Origin: the human T2T-CHM13v2.0 reference genome, Homo sapiens
NCBI RefSeq assembly: GCF_009914755.1
Contig: NC_060938.1
Direction: 5' to 3' (one strand)
DNA: 64,000 nucleotides
Shown: piece after piece, positions 22,511 through 34,070 of the stretch
Position numbering within the stretch: the stretch's first letter is position 1
Layout of the letters: each line of letters starts with the position of its first letter
Translations under genes and position numbers: made by a program
Notes under the pieces: generated by a model
Seen by the model: only the letters and a program-made list of their open reading frames with translations
Told to the model about the DNA's origin: nothing
Database searches by the model: none

Positions 22511-25500
22511 ATTGAAAGAGGCTCCCGAGACTGGGGAAGAACGAGGTAGGCAGCAACTTCGGGGTTTAGACCAAGAGCATCAAATCCAGGGCAGGCAAGG
22601 AAACTTTCTAGGGTCGGCAGGGCGTGGGGACTTAGTTTCATTTCCCATGTCCTCTTCCTCGGCCTCCGACCCACGACCCTTGGTTAAGCGAGGGTACATA
22701 ACTGTATTCTCTACTAAGTCTCTTCAAAGTGTGTCTTTCTTCCCTTTTCAGATCTGATGGTGCACAATATAATGAAGGAAGTAGAGACTCAGGCCCTAGC
22801 TTTGTCCACGAACAGGACTGGCAGTGAGATGCTGCAGGAACTGTTGGGATTCAGTCCCTTGAAACCGCTTTGTCGCGTGTGGGCTGCTCTGCGCTCTAAC
22901 TTGCGCACTGTGGCCTGTCACCGATGCGGGGTCCATGTATTACAAAGTGCTTTGCTACAGCTCCCTCGATTGCTGGGGAGTGCTGCAGAGGAGGAGGAGG
23001 AGGAGGAGGAGGATGGAAAGGATGGTCCCACGGAGACCCTGGAGGAGCTGGTCCTGGGACTAGCCGCTGAGGTGTGTGATGATTTTCTTGTCTACTGTGG
23101 AGACACACATGGCAGCTTCGTGGTCAGAACTCTGCTTCAGGTGTTAGGAGGGACTATTCTGGAGTCTGAGAGAGCCAGGCCCCGTGGTTCCCAATCATCT
23201 GGTAAGTATTACAAGAGGAAAGTGGACCTAGGGGGAAGAAGAATTTAGAAAGTTCAGAATGAGACAGTAAACAGAAGAGTAAGTCTTCATGGGGGAGCTT
23301 GACCGGGAAGAATTAGCTTGACCTGTCCTAATCTGAACAGGGCTTAGCAAGCCAAAGATTAGTGTGTGCGGAGGCCCAGAGGTAGGGATGTACAGTTGTG
23401 TTTGGGGAAGGCTATTAGAATGGACGCAGGAGGAGAATTTTTTTTAAGCATGACTTAATATACAAATGGACTTAAGCAAAAGTAACATACACACTGGACT
23501 CAAGCAAAAGTTCAGGAAACTATACCCTTACTACATGCAGCCCACTCTGTTATTTTTTTTTCCTTTTCAAAACTATTCTGCTCTATTTCATTTAAAAAAA
23601 ATGCTAGTTGAGACCACTAACTTGATTTCATGGTACAGTCTTGAGCTGTGATCCACATTTTGAAAAACTAGGAAATAAAGTTAGCGAGTTTAAATGAGGC
23701 TTTATTTTGGAATGGCTTGAATACCTGGCTGAGGAGGTTGAACTGTCTTCTGTGGACCATGGGGAAGCTGGTTGAAGTTTCTTAGAAAAATTAAGACAGA
23801 AATGTAGTCTCAGTTCAGTCATCCAGAAGAGACATTTAGTTGTACTACATCTGTTCTGCATCTCCAAGCGGAATCCTTGTTCATCTGTGAAATTTTTCTC
23901 TCCTGGATGGCAGTTTGTGATCTCCCCACTGCACATGTTCTTAATCTTCCTTCAGAAGCACAGAAGACCCCAGCTCAGGAATGTAAGCCAGCTGATTTTG
24001 AAGTCCCTGAAACCTTTTTGAATCGCCTTCAGGACCTGAGCTCCTCCTTTCTGAAGGACATTGCAGGTAAGGAGGGAAGTAGGAGGATGGTCTCGTATCT
24101 ACTTGTCTGGAGGTCATCTTACCACCAAGCAAGGCCCTTACCTCAGGTTATTCCTCTTCTTTTCAAACCTGGTCTGGTTTGACGTTCAGAGCACTTTGTA
24201 TAGTCCCTTTGTGTCCATAGTGCCCTGTATCTTGTTGCCTAAAGTTTGAGGTTACGCAGGTTGTCTGGATTTTGAGAAAGCCGCTTTATTTCTGCCCTCT
24301 CTCCACAGTGTTTATCACTGATAAGATCTCCAGCTTCTGTCTTCAAGTGGCTTTACAGGTTTTACACCGCAAACTTCCCCAGTTTTGCGCTCACCTCTGC
24401 AATGCTGTGATTGGCTACCTGAGTACTCGCGGTTCCTCAGTAGATGGCAGGTATGGTCAGGGCCTCAGGATCGACCCAAGTTGGCGGGGCTGTGTGAAAT
24501 GAATGAGGTGATGTAGTGCAACTGTATTTTGCATGAAATGGAGTTAAGACTGCCTGATGCCCTTCTTGTCCCTAGTCCCCTACTGCTATTTCTCCGAGAT
24601 CAGACGAGTTCCAGACTCCTGGAGCAGGTCCTGCTGGTGTTGGAGCCCCCAAGACTCCAGAGCCTCTTTGAGGAGCACTTGCAGGGGCAGCTGCAGACCC
24701 TGGCTGCACATCCCATTGCCAACTTCCCTTTGCAGCGCTTACTGGATGCAGTCACTACCCCTGAGCTGGTGAGTTGGAAACCTGAGCTGGATCTGTTTCT
24801 GCTAATTCTTGATCACTGGACCTTATTTTATGGTCTGTCTGCCTCTATATACCTTTGACATTGTGCTGGCCATTGCCCTTGAAAAGCTATTCTTTGAGGT
24901 TTTCCAGAGCTTAGGATAAAGGTGCCCACCTTCTAGTGAGGATTTGTTTTGACTTCTCTCAGGTATGAGGACCAGCAAGAGACTGGCTTTATTCAGGTTT
25001 ACAGCTTGAGGTTCCATGGCCCACCCAGACTCTGGTACTTGGCTATAAGCCCACATGAGTGCTAGAGCTGTTGCCATAGCTTCTCTTTTCCTTTGCTGCT
25101 TAGGACTAAGGTGGGCTTCCCTGTGGTCTCATGCATTGGGTGTTAGAGTGGAAGTGCAGTTTAATTTTAGTCTCCCCTTGCTCCTAGTGCTCCCTTACAC
25201 ATAGGGAAGAGCCACTTAAAGTTCCTTCCTGTGAGGTGGCACCTCTAAGACTGCCCCCTTATCCTGGGCCTTATCTAGCCAAACAAAAGTCCTGATACTG
25301 GCAATGCTTTTTATGTTTTATCTAGCATTTTTAGTTGTTTTCGTTGGGAAGATTTCTCTGAATAATGTGGTCCGCCATTACCAGAATGCCAGAGTTACAT
25401 TCCATGTTTCCCATCAGCTGTCCCCTGTGTTTGAGGAGCTGAGCCCTGTCTTGGAAGCTGTATTGGCCCAGGGCCACCCAGGGGTAGTCATTGCCCTGGT

Positions 25501-27438
25501 GGGGGCCTGTCGCAGAGTTGGGGCCTACCAAGCCAAGGTCCTACAGCTCTTGTTGGAGGTGAGTGGATATTACCCACAATCTGTTTATGCCCTCAGTTCA
25601 ACTTCTACCTTTTAGGACTTATCTAATCTTAAGTTTTTGTACCTCTGGACTCAGGAAGTCTAATGCCCAAGGAGTTCACAGGAATGGGGGAAAATGAGGC
25701 CTATAGGTGCCCGCCACCATACCCAGCTAATTTTTTTTTTTTTTTTGAGACGGAGTTTTGCTCTTGTTGCCCAGGCTGGAGTGCAGTGGCGCAATCTCAG
25801 CTCACCGTGCCCGGCTGAGGCCAAATGTTATTTCACAGTCCTGGAACAAAAATTGTCTCCCAGAACTAAGAGAGAAGTTTATTTAAGGGATAAACATTTA
25901 TTAACCCCTGTATGTGATAGAGGCTGGGGATACAGCAAGGCATGACATCTGCTTTCATGGAGCTATCATTCTTGTGGAGTTGGGCCTTCTTTCCTTTCCT
26001 GAAGGTGTTCCCTTAAAGTTGAGGTAAGGGACGGAGAAGTTCTCAGGTTCATCATATTTTGTCTTCTCCTTTAGGCATTCCACTGTGCAGAGCCCTCATC
26101 CCGGCAAGTGGCCTGTGTGCCTCTCTTTGCCACTTTGATGGCTTATGAGGTGTACTATGGACTGACGGAGGAGGAGGGGGCAGTGCCTGCAGAGCACCAG
26201 GTGAGGTAGGGGAGAGGCCAAGCCAGTGACTAATTGGGAGTCAGGCCTCCCAGGGTTTAGCAAGCGTCTGACTTCTGAGGTGAGAGTGGTGACTTCATCC
26301 AGGTGGAGGTGGCAGTGTTCTGGGGATGGGCTCATCCACCTGGCTTGTTGGTGCCTCCTAATTTCTTATCTCTGCGCTGCCAGGTGGCAATGGCCGCAGC
26401 CAGAGCCTTGGGGGATGTGACAGTCCTTGGGTCTCTACTGCTCCAGCATCTGCTGCACTTCTCCACTCCTGGTCTTGTACTTCGAAGTCTGGGTGCCTTG
26501 ACGGGACCACAGCTTCTGTCCCTTGCCCAAAGTCCCGCTGGCTCTCATGTGCTCGATGCCATCCTGACCAGCCCCTCTGTGACGCGCAAGCTGCGCCGCC
26601 GTGTGCTGCAGAACCTAAAGGTTAGATTTCTGGCTTTTGCCTTGATTCCCCACCATCATCCATTTAGAGAATATGAGCTTTCCCTGGACTGTACCTTCAG
26701 ACTCAAAAAGGCTATGTAATTCCTAGACTATTTTAATTCAGCCCTTAAACTCTTCAGAAAATTCACTCTCCACAAGCCTCCAAAATACTTTTGTGGATTT
26801 TGCTAGGGAGACCTACTTTGCTTGTCTCCATACAGGGACAATATGTGGCTCTGGCCTGTAGTCGCCATGGCAGCCGTGTGCTAGATGCCATCTGGAGTGG
26901 AGCAGCCTTGAGGGCCCGGAAGGAAATTGCTGCTGAGCTTGGTGAGTACCAGCCCCTCTCTTTGATGTTTCCAGACTCTCCCCTCTCTTACTCCAGATCA
27001 CTGGGTAGCTGGGAAGTCTACTGAAATTCAACAGTCTTTAGTTCCAAAGGGTGGTCTTGCTCATGGGTTCTTAGCAGTCTGCTTTCCCCTTCCCTCCCGC
27101 TGACTGATTGTGTAGTCCTCTGCCCTCACCCTGCCCTCTGACTTCTGTTCTTTGGAAAGTGAAGTGTTCACTTTATCCCAGTGGCAGTCCCAGGGTCTGG
27201 GGGAAATGGAGGGATCTTTACGTCAAGTAGAGTCTGTCTTTGAGCATGGTAGTACTAAACATGAGTGGTTCCCTTTGCAGGGGAGCAGAACCAGGAGCTG
27301 ATAAGAGACCCTTTCGGCCACCATGTGGCTCGAAATGTGGCCTTGACTACCTTCCTAAAGCGGCGAGAGGCTTGGGAACAGCAGCAGGGTGCGGTGGCCA
27401 AGCGGAGGCGGGCATTGAACTCCATACTTGAAGACTGA
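22299..27438 (+). CDS. NOP9: NOP9 nucleolar protein, PUF-like repeat 18S rRNA processing factor (636 aa, 10 exons)
   Basis: Exons 22299-22545, 22752-23201, 23956-24066, 24309-24450, 24576-24768, 25418-25558, 26075-26200, 26384-26620, 26836-26941, 27281-27438 = 1911 nt; basic N-terminus, PUF-type motifs (HPIANFPLQ, SPAGSHVLD, SRHGSRVLD). Confidence 0.97.
22988..23011 (+). repeat. NOP9: Coding (GAG)8 poly-Glu tract in NOP9 exon 2
   Basis: Uninterrupted GAG x8. Confidence 0.92.
25702..25815 (-). mobile_element. Composite, internally deleted Alu fragment in NOP9 intron 6
   Basis: Alu mid piece + polyT + Alu 3' end joined directly to Alu 5' end (gctcaccgtgcccggc); flanked by TGAGGCC direct repeats. 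Confidence 0.8.
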
Positions 27439-27551
27439 GGCTTTGGATCTGGGACTGGGTGTTGATGGGGGAGGGCAAAATGGGGTATCCACCCCATCCC
27501 TTTCCTGGTTTAAATTGGAGTCAGAAGTCTTAGTGGTAAATATTTGATATT

Positions 27552-27557
27552 TTTATT
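27552..27557 (-). terminator. CIDEB: CIDEB polyadenylation signal AATAAA
   Basis: tttatt on + strand about 420 nt past the CIDEB stop. Confidence 0.8.
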
Positions 27558-27975
27558 GGAAATGTTTTTGTTAGTTTGAGGGGAAGGGTATGAAGACAGA
27601 TCTCAAGGTAAAGTCAGAGAGGGCTGTCATCAGTATGCTGGGGAGTTTAGGGACAGGAGGCATTGGTAGGGGATTAGATGTAGCAGCAGTCAGGCTGGGA
27701 TCAAGATGCCTGGGGGACATCTTGATCTTGGCCTTTCAGGGCAAGTGGGAGGCTAGAAAGGTGGCTAGGAAAGAACAGCATTCTTCAGGTAAGGGTATAG
27801 ACTTGGGATGTGAGGCGTTATGCTGAAAGGTTCTGTCACGAGGGGATCAGAGGACAGTGGGGAAATTGGGTGGGTTATCTAGCCTGTACTGTCTGCAGGT
27901 CCTGAAATTTGATGCTGTCATAGTCTTTGCAGTGGGTCGGTTGGAATGATTCTGGGGGCAGAAGCTCAGAGCCCC

Positions 27976-30201
27976 TTAGTAGGAATGGAGGCGGCCCTTC
28001 TGCTGCCACTGCTCAGCCCCCTCCACTGCATGACGAAGGGTGGAGGAAATTCCCAGCAACATATGGCCCAGGCCTTGCAGCAGTGTGGAGGTCCAACGAA
28101 GGAGCTCCCTGAATGGCAGAGACAAGAGGAAATCAGATGATTTGGAAAACTTGGGAGGAAGCCATCAAGCTGGGAGATGAGGACTTTCCACAAGCAAGAG
28201 CTAACTAGGGGTAGGTGGGTGCAAGAGGACGAATTATGGGGACTATCCAACTGTAGGGGATGGGGCAGTATGACATGTTGATTTCTGACCTGAGTACTTT
28301 CTTTGGGCCAAGTCCTTGAAAGTCACAACTCATAGAGTAGAGCCCGTAGAATGTGGCTTTGACATTCAGGCTGCCAAAGAGGTCTCGAGGGTTTTGCTTG
28401 TACACGTCAAAGGTGAATCGGGCGATGTCCTTGCTGTGCTTGGGCCTCTCCCGTCCCAGGCCATATGACAGCACTCCACTCTGTAGGACACCCTTGTCAG
28501 TGCAGTAGATCCTCATACCAGACACCCACCACTAATCTCCATCAGCACTGGGTCAGACCCTCCCTCGCTTGGACTTTCTGTCCACTGTGTGACATCCTTG
28601 ACAATTCCACAACTCCTCCTGCACCTGGTCCCCAGGATCAGGGTTAAGCTAGAGAGGAAGCCCGGGAAAGCTCTAAAGGACAGGCATTGGAAGCAGCCCC
28701 AGTATAGGCCTCTTACCCTTGTAGGGCTCCAGCTCTGACCAGACTGCAACACCATCAGGCACGTGTCATCCTCCAGCAGCTGGAAGAAGTCCTCACTGTC
28801 CACTGCAGTTCCATCCTCCTCTAGCACCAGGGTTAGCACTCCATTCAGCAGTAGGGTCTCCAATGCCTGCCCAATGGCAAGAAGCAAGAAGGGCAGGTCT
28901 TATCCCATGCCCCTTCCCTCTTTAGCTGCCCAACATCCATCAGTTGGCTCTAGACATTGGTCGATGTCCCACTTTGACTTTCTGGCACTTTGATACCTCC
29001 TAAAGGTTGCAGCTCTCCGTGTTCTTCAGTTTTTGGGGGATCCTAGCTAGAGGCTGACCTTTTTCCTCTTTGCTCCTACCATGTCATTGGCATCTCCCCT
29101 TGCTCCCCTCCAAGTCACTTCTGGTTTGGAATTGGAAAGCAAGCCAGGTTCTCACGAAGTCCACCCTTCTGTCTTATCTACAATGCTGCACCTCACTTCC
29201 CACACCCTCAAGAGTTCTCCAGAAGTGTTTTCAGTAATAGTGTTTAACCTTTTTGAGTCCTTACTCTGTGCCAGGTATGAGGACTTTACCTACATTATCC
29301 TCTTACTCCTTTCAACAACCCTAGGAGGTGATGTATTATTATTGCCTTTTTATAGCTGAAGAAACTGAGGTTTTGGTAGGTTGAACAACTTCCCAAGGTT
29401 TGACAGGCAGGAAGTGGCAGAATCAGAATTTGAACTTGATTTGTCACACAAATCACCTTTCCATACTAGCTTCTGAATTCCGTCCCTCGAACTCTCCCTA
29501 TCTCCTGCTAACCCCTGCTCCCATAGAAAAGCTCACTAGGTGGAAAATGAACAAATTGACCAGAGCTCATTAGGCCCACTCCGCTGCTTTTAGCCCTCAG
29601 AGGGAGGGGCAGCTGTGTGACTTCAGCCCTCTGCTCCATCATCACAAGTTGCCACTGTTGTGGAGCCCCTTGGCTACCCCTGCTATAGGAACCGAGGAAC
29701 TTGGCCTACTTACTTTGGCTAGCAGCTCCTGGCGGGTGGCAGCTGTCAGGCCTTTCCGGATGGTCCGCTTGTGATCACAGACACGGAAAGGTCGCTGGGG
29801 TGGTGGAGCTGAGGTCCAGACCCTCCGTCCAAACTCCGAGCTTATATTAGATACTGACCTGGTAGTTGAGAAGAAAAGTCAAGAAGGGGCGAGGAGGGGC
29901 TTGGTGAGTGTAAAGGGCATGATGAGGGTAGAGTGGCTAGAGGGCTAGGGAGGGAGAGATCTAGGTTTATCGATTAGGGATGAGGGAGAGACCATGGAGT
30001 GCAGGTGGGGGCGGGTGGCTCAGGAGCTTGACAAGCCCACTGTGGAGTGGGGAGCAGGAGAGGAAGGGGTACTGGTTAGTCTCCTAGGGGCTGAGTGGAG
30101 TATTGTTGCCCTGCCTATATCCCCTAAAGGTGGAGGGTAGAGCGGAGGGTTAGCAGTCACCTGAGTAAGTCACTGGGGTTCAGAGCTGAGAGGTACTCCA
30201 T
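27976..30201 (-). CDS. CIDEB: Cell death-inducing DFFA-like effector B, lipid droplet protein (219 aa, 5 coding exons)
   Basis: Coding exons 30161-30201, 29714-29858, 28717-28866, 28290-28480, 27976-28108 = 660 nt; MEYLSALNPSDLLR..., CIDE-N motif RPFRV...LVLEEDGTAVDSEDFF; ends QKGRLHSY*. Confidence 0.98.
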
Positions 30202-30319
30202 GGTGGACCGGAGAGTTCCTTCCCTGGAACTTCTGGGCTGGGTGGTTCTCTCCTGTGCTGGGGCTTTAGTGGTGTTTTCTGTTACAAACCTGGGATCTCA
30301 GCCCAGGACAAGGTGGGAA

Positions 30320-30375
30320 TGAGTCAAGCCTGGACTCTGGCCCCCCTGCCTGGCCAGTAAGAAGGGCAAAGTCCA
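30320..30375 (-). promoter_or_regulatory. CIDEB: CIDEB proximal promoter: two HNF4-type DR1 sites plus AP-1
   Basis: AGGGCAAAGTCCA 30363-30375, TGGACTCTGGCCC 30331-30343 (opposite orientation), TGAGTCA 30320-30326; 120-175 bp upstream of the ATG. Confidence 0.7.
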
Positions 30376-31109
30376 AGGGGAGGGATGAGGGAGGGGCCAG
30401 ATGGGGTCCTGGAGGAAGAATTGCCTGGCAAAAGCCATTGGAGCTTGTATGTGTGTCTTTGGTGATGACATGTGTTGTGAGGGTAGATGGGAACCATGTA
30501 AAAGGATGAAATGTGACTTCTGGTGTTTTTTTATTTCTATGGAGGGACTTTCTGGGGACGGTTTCTGGCTCTCAGGCTCTGAGAAGCTGCAGTTTATGAG
30601 TGGCTCTGTGTGTGCTGCCACCTACTGGAGAAGCCATAAGCTGCAGCTTTAGGAAAAGGGAACCCGGGGCAGAGTGTGGGGAAGTGGGATGGCAGCATGG
30701 CAGGGCTTTGGAAAATGAGAGGTGAGAGTGTGTCCAGGAAGGGTGTAAGGAGAGGATGGATCCTGATACATGGATTCAGGATCATTAGGGTCCTGTCTGG
30801 GACACTGGCCTTCCTGCTTACCTGCTCTTTCCTTCCTCCTTGGTCGGAGGAGGGGCTGGCTCACTGCTCTGGCTTCATTTTCCAGAGCTGCCTGCTGCAG
30901 TCACACTTAGGTCATCTTCTCTCACTTTTCTCCTTTTGCCGATTAGTGGACGTGACAGAGATGTGAATGGGGCAGGGATGTCCTTTGATGGCATCAAGAC
31001 TTTAGCTTCTGGTGCGCTGTGTCCCAGCTCTGATTTCAGTTGCAGCCGTGATGGACAGTTGCATGGAAGCTGAGACTCTCACTGACAGTGAAACCCTCAA
31101 ATGAACACA

Positions 31110-31480
31110 ATCCCTGCTTTCCTGCCAAGGATCCTTGTAGGGTCCCCCAGCTTCCCCACTTTTTTTCTGTGTCCTGACAAAGAAACACAGAGTAACTTGA
31201 TTGCCCTGTGACCTGGCCAGTTGCATTTCCCCTGCAGGCTTGAGCCCAAGCCAGAGCCTTGAAAAGGTATTCAGGTTGTTGCCCAAAACACTGAAAAAAA
31301 CTGGCCCTGGCCCTGAACCAAATACCTTGAACCCTCGTAAACTCCATACCCTGACCCCCTTGTTTTGGATATACCCAGGTAGAACAACTCTCTCTCACTG
31401 TCTGTTGTGAGGATACGCTGTAGCCCACTCATTAAGTACATTCTCCTAATAAATGCTTTGGACTGATCACCCTGCCAGTC
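31110..31480 (+). mobile_element. MER74-like ERVL LTR fragment
   Basis: ccctgaaccaaataccttgaaccctcgtaaactccataccctgacccc...cctAATAAAtgctttggactgatcaccctg resembles the MER74 consensus as I recall it; boundaries approximate. Confidence 0.6.
31448..31453 (+). terminator. NOP9: Probable NOP9 polyadenylation signal AATAAA
   Basis: First canonical + strand AATAAA I could find after the NOP9 stop (scan by eye); U/GU-rich sequence downstream. Confidence 0.6.
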
Positions 31481-31608
31481 TTTTGTCTTGGGCAATCTAT
31501 ACTTTTCTCAGAGGTTCCCAAGGCCTACTGAAGGGACTTAACATACTCTTAATGGCTTTCCTCTCTCTTGTTTTACCTTATGCCCTCACTTCCTGAGTTA
31601 ACCTCCCA

Positions 31609-31682
31609 AATACAGGATCACCTGTACCCAAGCCCTTAGCTCAAGAATACAGGATCACCTGTACCCAAGCCCTTAGCTCAAG
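31609..31682. repeat. Perfect 37-bp tandem duplication
   Basis: aatacaggatcacctgtacccaagcccttagctcaag at 31609-31645 and 31646-31682. Confidence 0.95.
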
Positions 31683-32999
31683 CTCTGCTTTGGAAGAACC
31701 CAAACTAAGACAGTGCTCCTGGTGCCCTCCCCAAGCAACCTCAAGTTCTGGCTGTTACTTGAGCAGAGGCCTTTCTTTTCCCTTCCCCCAGCTCTATCCA
31801 TCTGCCAGGCCCCCCTCAAATCTCTTCATTTCCAAGTTTTGCTTGACTTTTCCAAGAGGAGAGGGCTGCTTCTTAGTATGTCCCTACTCATCCTTTCCTT
31901 TCTTGTCTTGTATCCTGGTGCAGCCTGGTAATGGGGCCTCTTCATGGTTGTGTGTCATGACTCCCTAACCATTATGCCTCCATGCATCCCCTGTTCCTCC
32001 TGGAACCTAGCACCATGCCTTACATGGAAAAGCTGTCATTGACAGCCCGGTGAGAGCCCTGAGGGTGGAGTGACTGGGGCAGGGCCTGAGGCAAGAGGTG
32101 GGAGGAGGTAGGAGGCCAGGGGCTCAGCCGGACCAGGAGACTGGAAACAGGCAAGGATAAGGCAGGTGGGGGACTGAGTTGTTTGGGTCACCTCTGCAGG
32201 CCAGAGAGACCAGGCAACATACACACTGCAGAAGGTGGGCTGGGAGGATTGGGGCCAGAGCTGGGGGAGGGATGAGAACAGAAGCAGGACCAGGATTCAG
32301 CAGAGTCCTCCTATTTCCTTCCACCACCAGGGAATCTTACTGCCCCACTTCAGCTTGTGCTGTTTCCTGGCAAGGCAGGCTCTCACATGCCTGGACGCCT
32401 GGGTGCGTTGGTGATGGGAAGGAGCAGGGTGAGGGAGGGGCCCCAGGAGAGGCCCAGGATGAGCCTCATCTTGTCCCTCCCCATTCTTGTCTTACCCTCT
32501 GCAAATGTGATAGGCACAGGACAGGAGTAGGCACCTCGCCTACTGCTGCTTAACCTTTCAGCTTCTCCAGGCCCCCAATCCTGCTTGCTCCCAGCTTGGT
32601 AAGTAGATCTGTGCACGTCCCTTTACACCCCACCATCCAGTTTTGCCCAGATGTGCTAGAATGGGGCTGGACAAAGAAGGAGGGGCCAGACTAGAGGAGT
32701 GGTGGTAGAGATAGTGACAGCCTGGGGTGAGGACTTTATGCCTGTTTACCACTGAGCTCTGGGAAGGAGGCCAGGAGTGGGGCAGGTCAACTGACTGGGA
32801 GCAGGGGATCTGGGTTCCAAGAAGGAGTTGTGTTTGAGGTGGGGTCTGGGTCCTCGTGGAAGTCAGGACTCCCAGGCAGAAAAGAGGCAGGCTGCAGGGA
32901 AGTAAGGAGGAGGCATGGCACCTTCTCATCGGGCATCACAGGTGGGGTTTTGCCCCACCCCTGAACGCCCTCTGTGGCGCCTTCCACCCACCTGTAGGC

Positions 33000-34070
33000 C
33001 CAGAAGGATGTCGGTCTGCTACCGTCCCCCAGGGAACGAGACACTGCTGAGCTGGAAGACTTCGCGGGCCACAGGCACAGCCTTCCTGCTGCTGGCGGCG
33101 CTGCTGGGGCTGCCTGGCAACGGCTTCGTGGTGTGGAGCTTGGCGGGCTGGCGGCCTGCACGGGGGCGACCGCTGGCGGCCACGCTTGTGCTGCACCTGG
33201 CGCTGGCCGACGGCGCGGTGCTGCTGCTCACGCCGCTCTTTGTGGCCTTCCTGACCCGGCAGGCCTGGCCGCTGGGCCAGGCGGGCTGCAAGGCGGTGTA
33301 CTACGTGTGCGCGCTCAGCATGTACGCCAGCGTGCTGCTCACCGGCCTGCTCAGCCTGCAGCGCTGCCTCGCAGTCACCCGCCCCTTCCTGGCGCCTCGG
33401 CTGCGCAGCCCGGCCCTGGCCCGCCGCCTGCTGCTGGCGGTCTGGCTGGCCGCCCTGTTGCTCGCCGTCCCGGCCGCCGTCTACCGCCACCTGTGGAGGG
33501 ACCGCGTATGCCAGCTGTGCCACCCGTCGCCGGTCCACGCCGCCGCCCACCTGAGCCTGGAGACTCTGACCGCTTTCGTGCTTCCTTTCGGGCTGATGCT
33601 CGGCTGCTACAGCGTGACGCTGGCACGGCTGCGGGGCGCCCGCTGGGGCTCCGGGCGGCACGGGGCGCGGGTGGGCCGGCTGGTGAGCGCCATCGTGCTT
33701 GCCTTCGGCTTGCTCTGGGCCCCCTACCACGCAGTCAACCTTCTGCAGGCGGTCGCAGCGCTGGCTCCACCGGAAGGGGCCTTGGCGAAGCTGGGCGGAG
33801 CCGGCCAGGCGGCGCGAGCGGGAACTACGGCCTTGGCCTTCTTCAGTTCTAGCGTCAACCCGGTGCTCTACGTCTTCACCGCTGGAGATCTGCTGCCCCG
33901 GGCAGGTCCCCGTTTCCTCACGCGGCTCTTCGAAGGCTCTGGGGAGGCCCGAGGGGGCGGCCGCTCTAGGGAAGGGACCATGGAGCTCCGAACTACCCCT
34001 CAGCTGAAAGTGGTGGGGCAGGGCCGCGGCAATGGAGACCCGGGGGGTGGGATGGAGAAGGACGGTCCGG
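33000..34070. promoter_or_regulatory. CpG island coincident with the LTB4R2 ORF (promoter-in-ORF for LTB4R; distal antisense promoter region for CIDEB)
   Basis: Very CpG-rich; GC box gggggcgg 33953-33960; + strand donor GAG|GTCAGT at 34147/34148 and - strand donor CAG|GTGGGT at 32992/32991; promoter role is prior knowledge of this locus. Confidence 0.75.

Noticed and set aside
33355-33366. QRC instead of DRY in BLT2 (DRS in BLT1) as a sign of pseudogenisation
   Set aside because: A normal feature of these receptors; both ORFs and all other class A motifs are intact
32936-33852. Long alternative ORFs over LTB4R2 (antisense 264 aa; sense shifted frame 239 aa)
   Set aside because: They start at GTG; the antisense ORF has no AUG and the sense one has only a weak internal AUG. 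Stop depletion is expected from extreme GC3 bias
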